The position numbers were made by a program, and so were the translations under genes. Positions 62,433 to 64,000 of a stretch of 64,000 nt of DNA are shown here, in pieces. The stretch lies in contig CP000066.1 of NCBI GenBank assembly GCA_000002445.1, positions 672,001 through 736,000 of the forward strand, written 5' to 3'. How positions within the stretch are numbered: position 1 is the first letter of the stretch; each line of letters opens with the position of its first letter. The notes under the pieces are model-generated. The model was given only the letters and a program-made list of their open reading frames with translations. It had not been told where the DNA came from and searched no databases. This DNA comes from Trypanosoma brucei. Lineage: Eukaryota.

Positions 62433-63527
62433 TTAGTCCATATCAGCTCCGTAGCCGCCGTCTGCAACCTCCAGTGGATTTTCCACCTGCTGCCTCATTG
62501 CCTCTTCTCGCCGCTGTCGTTTTGCCTGAAGTCGTTCCTCTCGCTTGCTTTTCTTCCGTGCAACGTTTTCATCCTGCTCTGCCTTCCGCTTCGCTCGCTC
62601 GTTGCGCTTGGCGCGAACCCTTGCCTCATCCCGTGCGACCAATTCCGCAGACTTTCTCAAAAACCTGTGAAACAAAACCTCGCCCGTCGCGAATCCATTT
62701 GTCACCTTCACCAGCTGTAACGTGAGGCGAGGCCCAATTTCCTGAAGCTTAATGCGACATTGTTCACGATGCTTTCGAAATGGCACTGCCAGCGGAACTT
62801 CCTCGCCCTCACCATCAGTGTCAGACCAAACATCCTCGCGCTCTAGAACTTCGTCTATGGACTCTAACTGCCCAAGCTTCGTCGGGCACCGGCGCTCAAG
62901 AAGCTTCTTCACCGTTTTACTTACACCAACAGCCTTAGCATTGATATAATAGTGGCGGACTTCCACAACGTGCTCCACATGATCGTAGTGAAATAGGCAA
63001 ACACGTTGAATATCCGTGTTCTTCACGAGTTGAATATTAACCGTTGGGAACATCCCCTTAAATGTTGTCTCAAGCAGTGGTACCTCAGGCCGGAGCCGCG
63101 CATCGGGGTGAGTGAAGTTGTTCAACACAACAATTGGGGCTACATTCCACACCGCATTGCCGAGGTTTGCGGGTCGTCGCTGTTTTGCCACAATCTCATC
63201 TCTGAGAGTAAAGGAAAGCACGCGAAACGTTAACGTCGGACCATTTGAGAAGCGCATGATACGAAGGGATGTGCCATACGATGGAGCGGTGAATAACTGC
63301 AAGTGCGAGACGCTAAGTGATGAGGCAATAACAAGAAAATCCTTGAGAGAACGGTTCTCCCCGCGGAGCTTTTTACTACTCCATGGGAGGAATACGGCTC
63401 GCCAATCATGCATGAGCGAACGAACGCTTCCTCCTACCTCACCTCTGTAGATAATAATAGACTTTGGTGTTGCCTTGTCTGCCTCAGTGGTGTCCACTGT
63501 CCCCGGCATCTTTTTAGATTTCCCCAT
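62433..63527 (-). CDS. Brix-domain ribosome biogenesis protein, Ssf1/Peter Pan (PPAN) homolog, 364 aa.
   Basis: ATG confirmed at 63525-63527. PKSIIIYRGEVGGSVRSLMHDW...LKDFLVIASSLSVSHLQLFTAP...SLRIMRFSNGPTLTFRVLSFTLRDEI aligns along its length with yeast Ssf1 (PKSMVIRVGQ...LKDFVVMCGPLGVTHLFMFTQ...SLKIARTPQGPTVTFQVLDYSLGRDI). HYYINAKAV corresponds to HYFIDIREV. The C-terminal tail is Lys/Arg/Glu-rich. Confidence 0.85.
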   Translation of the reverse strand: MGKSKKMPGTVDTTEADKATPKSIIIYRGEVGGSVRSLMHDWRAVFLPWSSKKLRGENRSLKDFLVIASSLSVSHLQLFTAPSYGTSLRIMRFSNGPTLTFRVLSFTLRDEIVAKQRRPANLGNAVWNVAPIVVLNNFTHPDARLRPEVPLLETTFKGMFPTVNIQLVKNTDIQRVCLFHYDHVEHVVEVRHYYINAKAVGVSKTVKKLLERRCPTKLGQLESIDEVLEREDVWSDTDGEGEEVPLAVPFRKHREQCRIKLQEIGPRLTLQLVKVTNGFATGEVLFHRFLRKSAELVARDEARVRAKRNERAKRKAEQDENVARKKSKREERLQAKRQRREEAMRQQVENPLEVADGGYGADMD

Positions 63528-64000
63528 CTTTGCCCTACTTCTCCTTTCTTCTCTTTTCTTTCTTTTTTTCAGGGAAGGACTAACAACAGAGGGACGAAAT
63601 CTCCAATAAAAACAAACCTTCCTTCCTCTGTTATCTTAGCCGTCGTAAAACAACGTTCATTACATTGTTAATTCAATTTGTTATAGACGAAGGCGGGAAA
63701 AATAAAAAGAAGAAAGGGACAATGAGGAAGGATTGAAAGTAGGTTGGACAAAAGAAAAACAAATGGAGTTAATTCAATTGGAAGGCATGAGCATCAAAAA
63801 TGGAATCCAAAGTAGACCAATGTGACAGTGTCAGTGCGCTGCAAGTCCACATATGATACCGTATTATTATTCGTTTTTTTTTGTCGCTTCGTACCTTCAA
63901 ACGATTAGGGAACATCAAATGCAATACAACCTAAAGACGACAAATAATAACACAACACATTACGAGTACACGCAATCGGTCACACCTTCAGTGAAGCCAG

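Noticed and set aside
1-64000. Prokaryotic-style defence or mobile systems (CRISPR arrays, restriction-modification, toxin-antitoxin, integrases) and retroposons (ingi/RIME/SLACS/SIDER).
   Set aside because: The sequence is eukaryotic (trypanosomatid). There are no direct-repeat/spacer arrays, no reverse transcriptase or transposase ORFs, and no long terminal or tandem 100-500 bp repeats.

Overview
This 64 kb window looks like a trypanosomatid nuclear chromosome segment. GC content is about 50%, there are no introns, and long ORFs are separated by intergenic regions of 0.4-1.5 kb containing polypyrimidine tracts and (GT)n/(AT)n microsatellites. This is most consistent with a Trypanosoma (T. 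brucei-like) genome. It is not a prokaryotic locus: there are no operon, defence-island or CRISPR features.

All 20 credible protein-coding genes lie on the minus strand, plus one doubtful small ORF at the left edge. The window is therefore the interior of a single polycistronic transcription unit with no strand-switch region. I could see no tRNA, rRNA or snoRNA cluster, and no retroposon.

Several products can be recognised directly from motifs:
- Ssf1/Peter Pan Brix-domain ribosome biogenesis factor (62433-63527).
- NIF/FCP1-like DxDxT phosphatase with an N-terminal transmembrane helix (60032-61735).
- 6-phosphofructo-2-kinase/fructose-2,6-bisphosphatase with N-terminal ankyrin repeats, in which the phosphatase RHGE catalytic motif is replaced by VPGE (17701-20772).
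- An AGC-type Ser/Thr kinase with large inserts and a long tail (10253-14038).
- A tubulin-cofactor-E-like LRR plus ubiquitin-like protein (7159-8754).
- A TatD-family hydrolase with extensions (3209-5398).
- A 73-aa COX17 copper chaperone hidden in a small ORF (2715-2936).
- An SDS22-type LRR protein (48110-51544).
- An N-terminal MYND/C6H2 zinc-finger protein (31304-33919).
- A 1.7k-aa protein with a mitochondrial-type presequence (54539-59566).
- A type II membrane protein (52157-54166).
- Several large low-complexity or coiled-coil hypothetical proteins.

The supplied ORF track uses non-ATG starts (TTG/GTG) and often translates the upstream polypyrimidine tract as a Phe/Leu/Ser-rich N-terminus. 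I therefore re-derived probable ATG starts for several genes. All plus-strand ORFs are antisense shadows.

I see no evidence of a novel multi-gene system. The most interesting items are individual gene architectures: the phosphatase-dead ankyrin PFK2, the membrane-anchored NIF phosphatase, the CAP-Gly-less TBCE-like protein, the TatD with a Cys-rich extension, a possible mitochondrial NYN-like protein, and the large mitochondrial helical protein.
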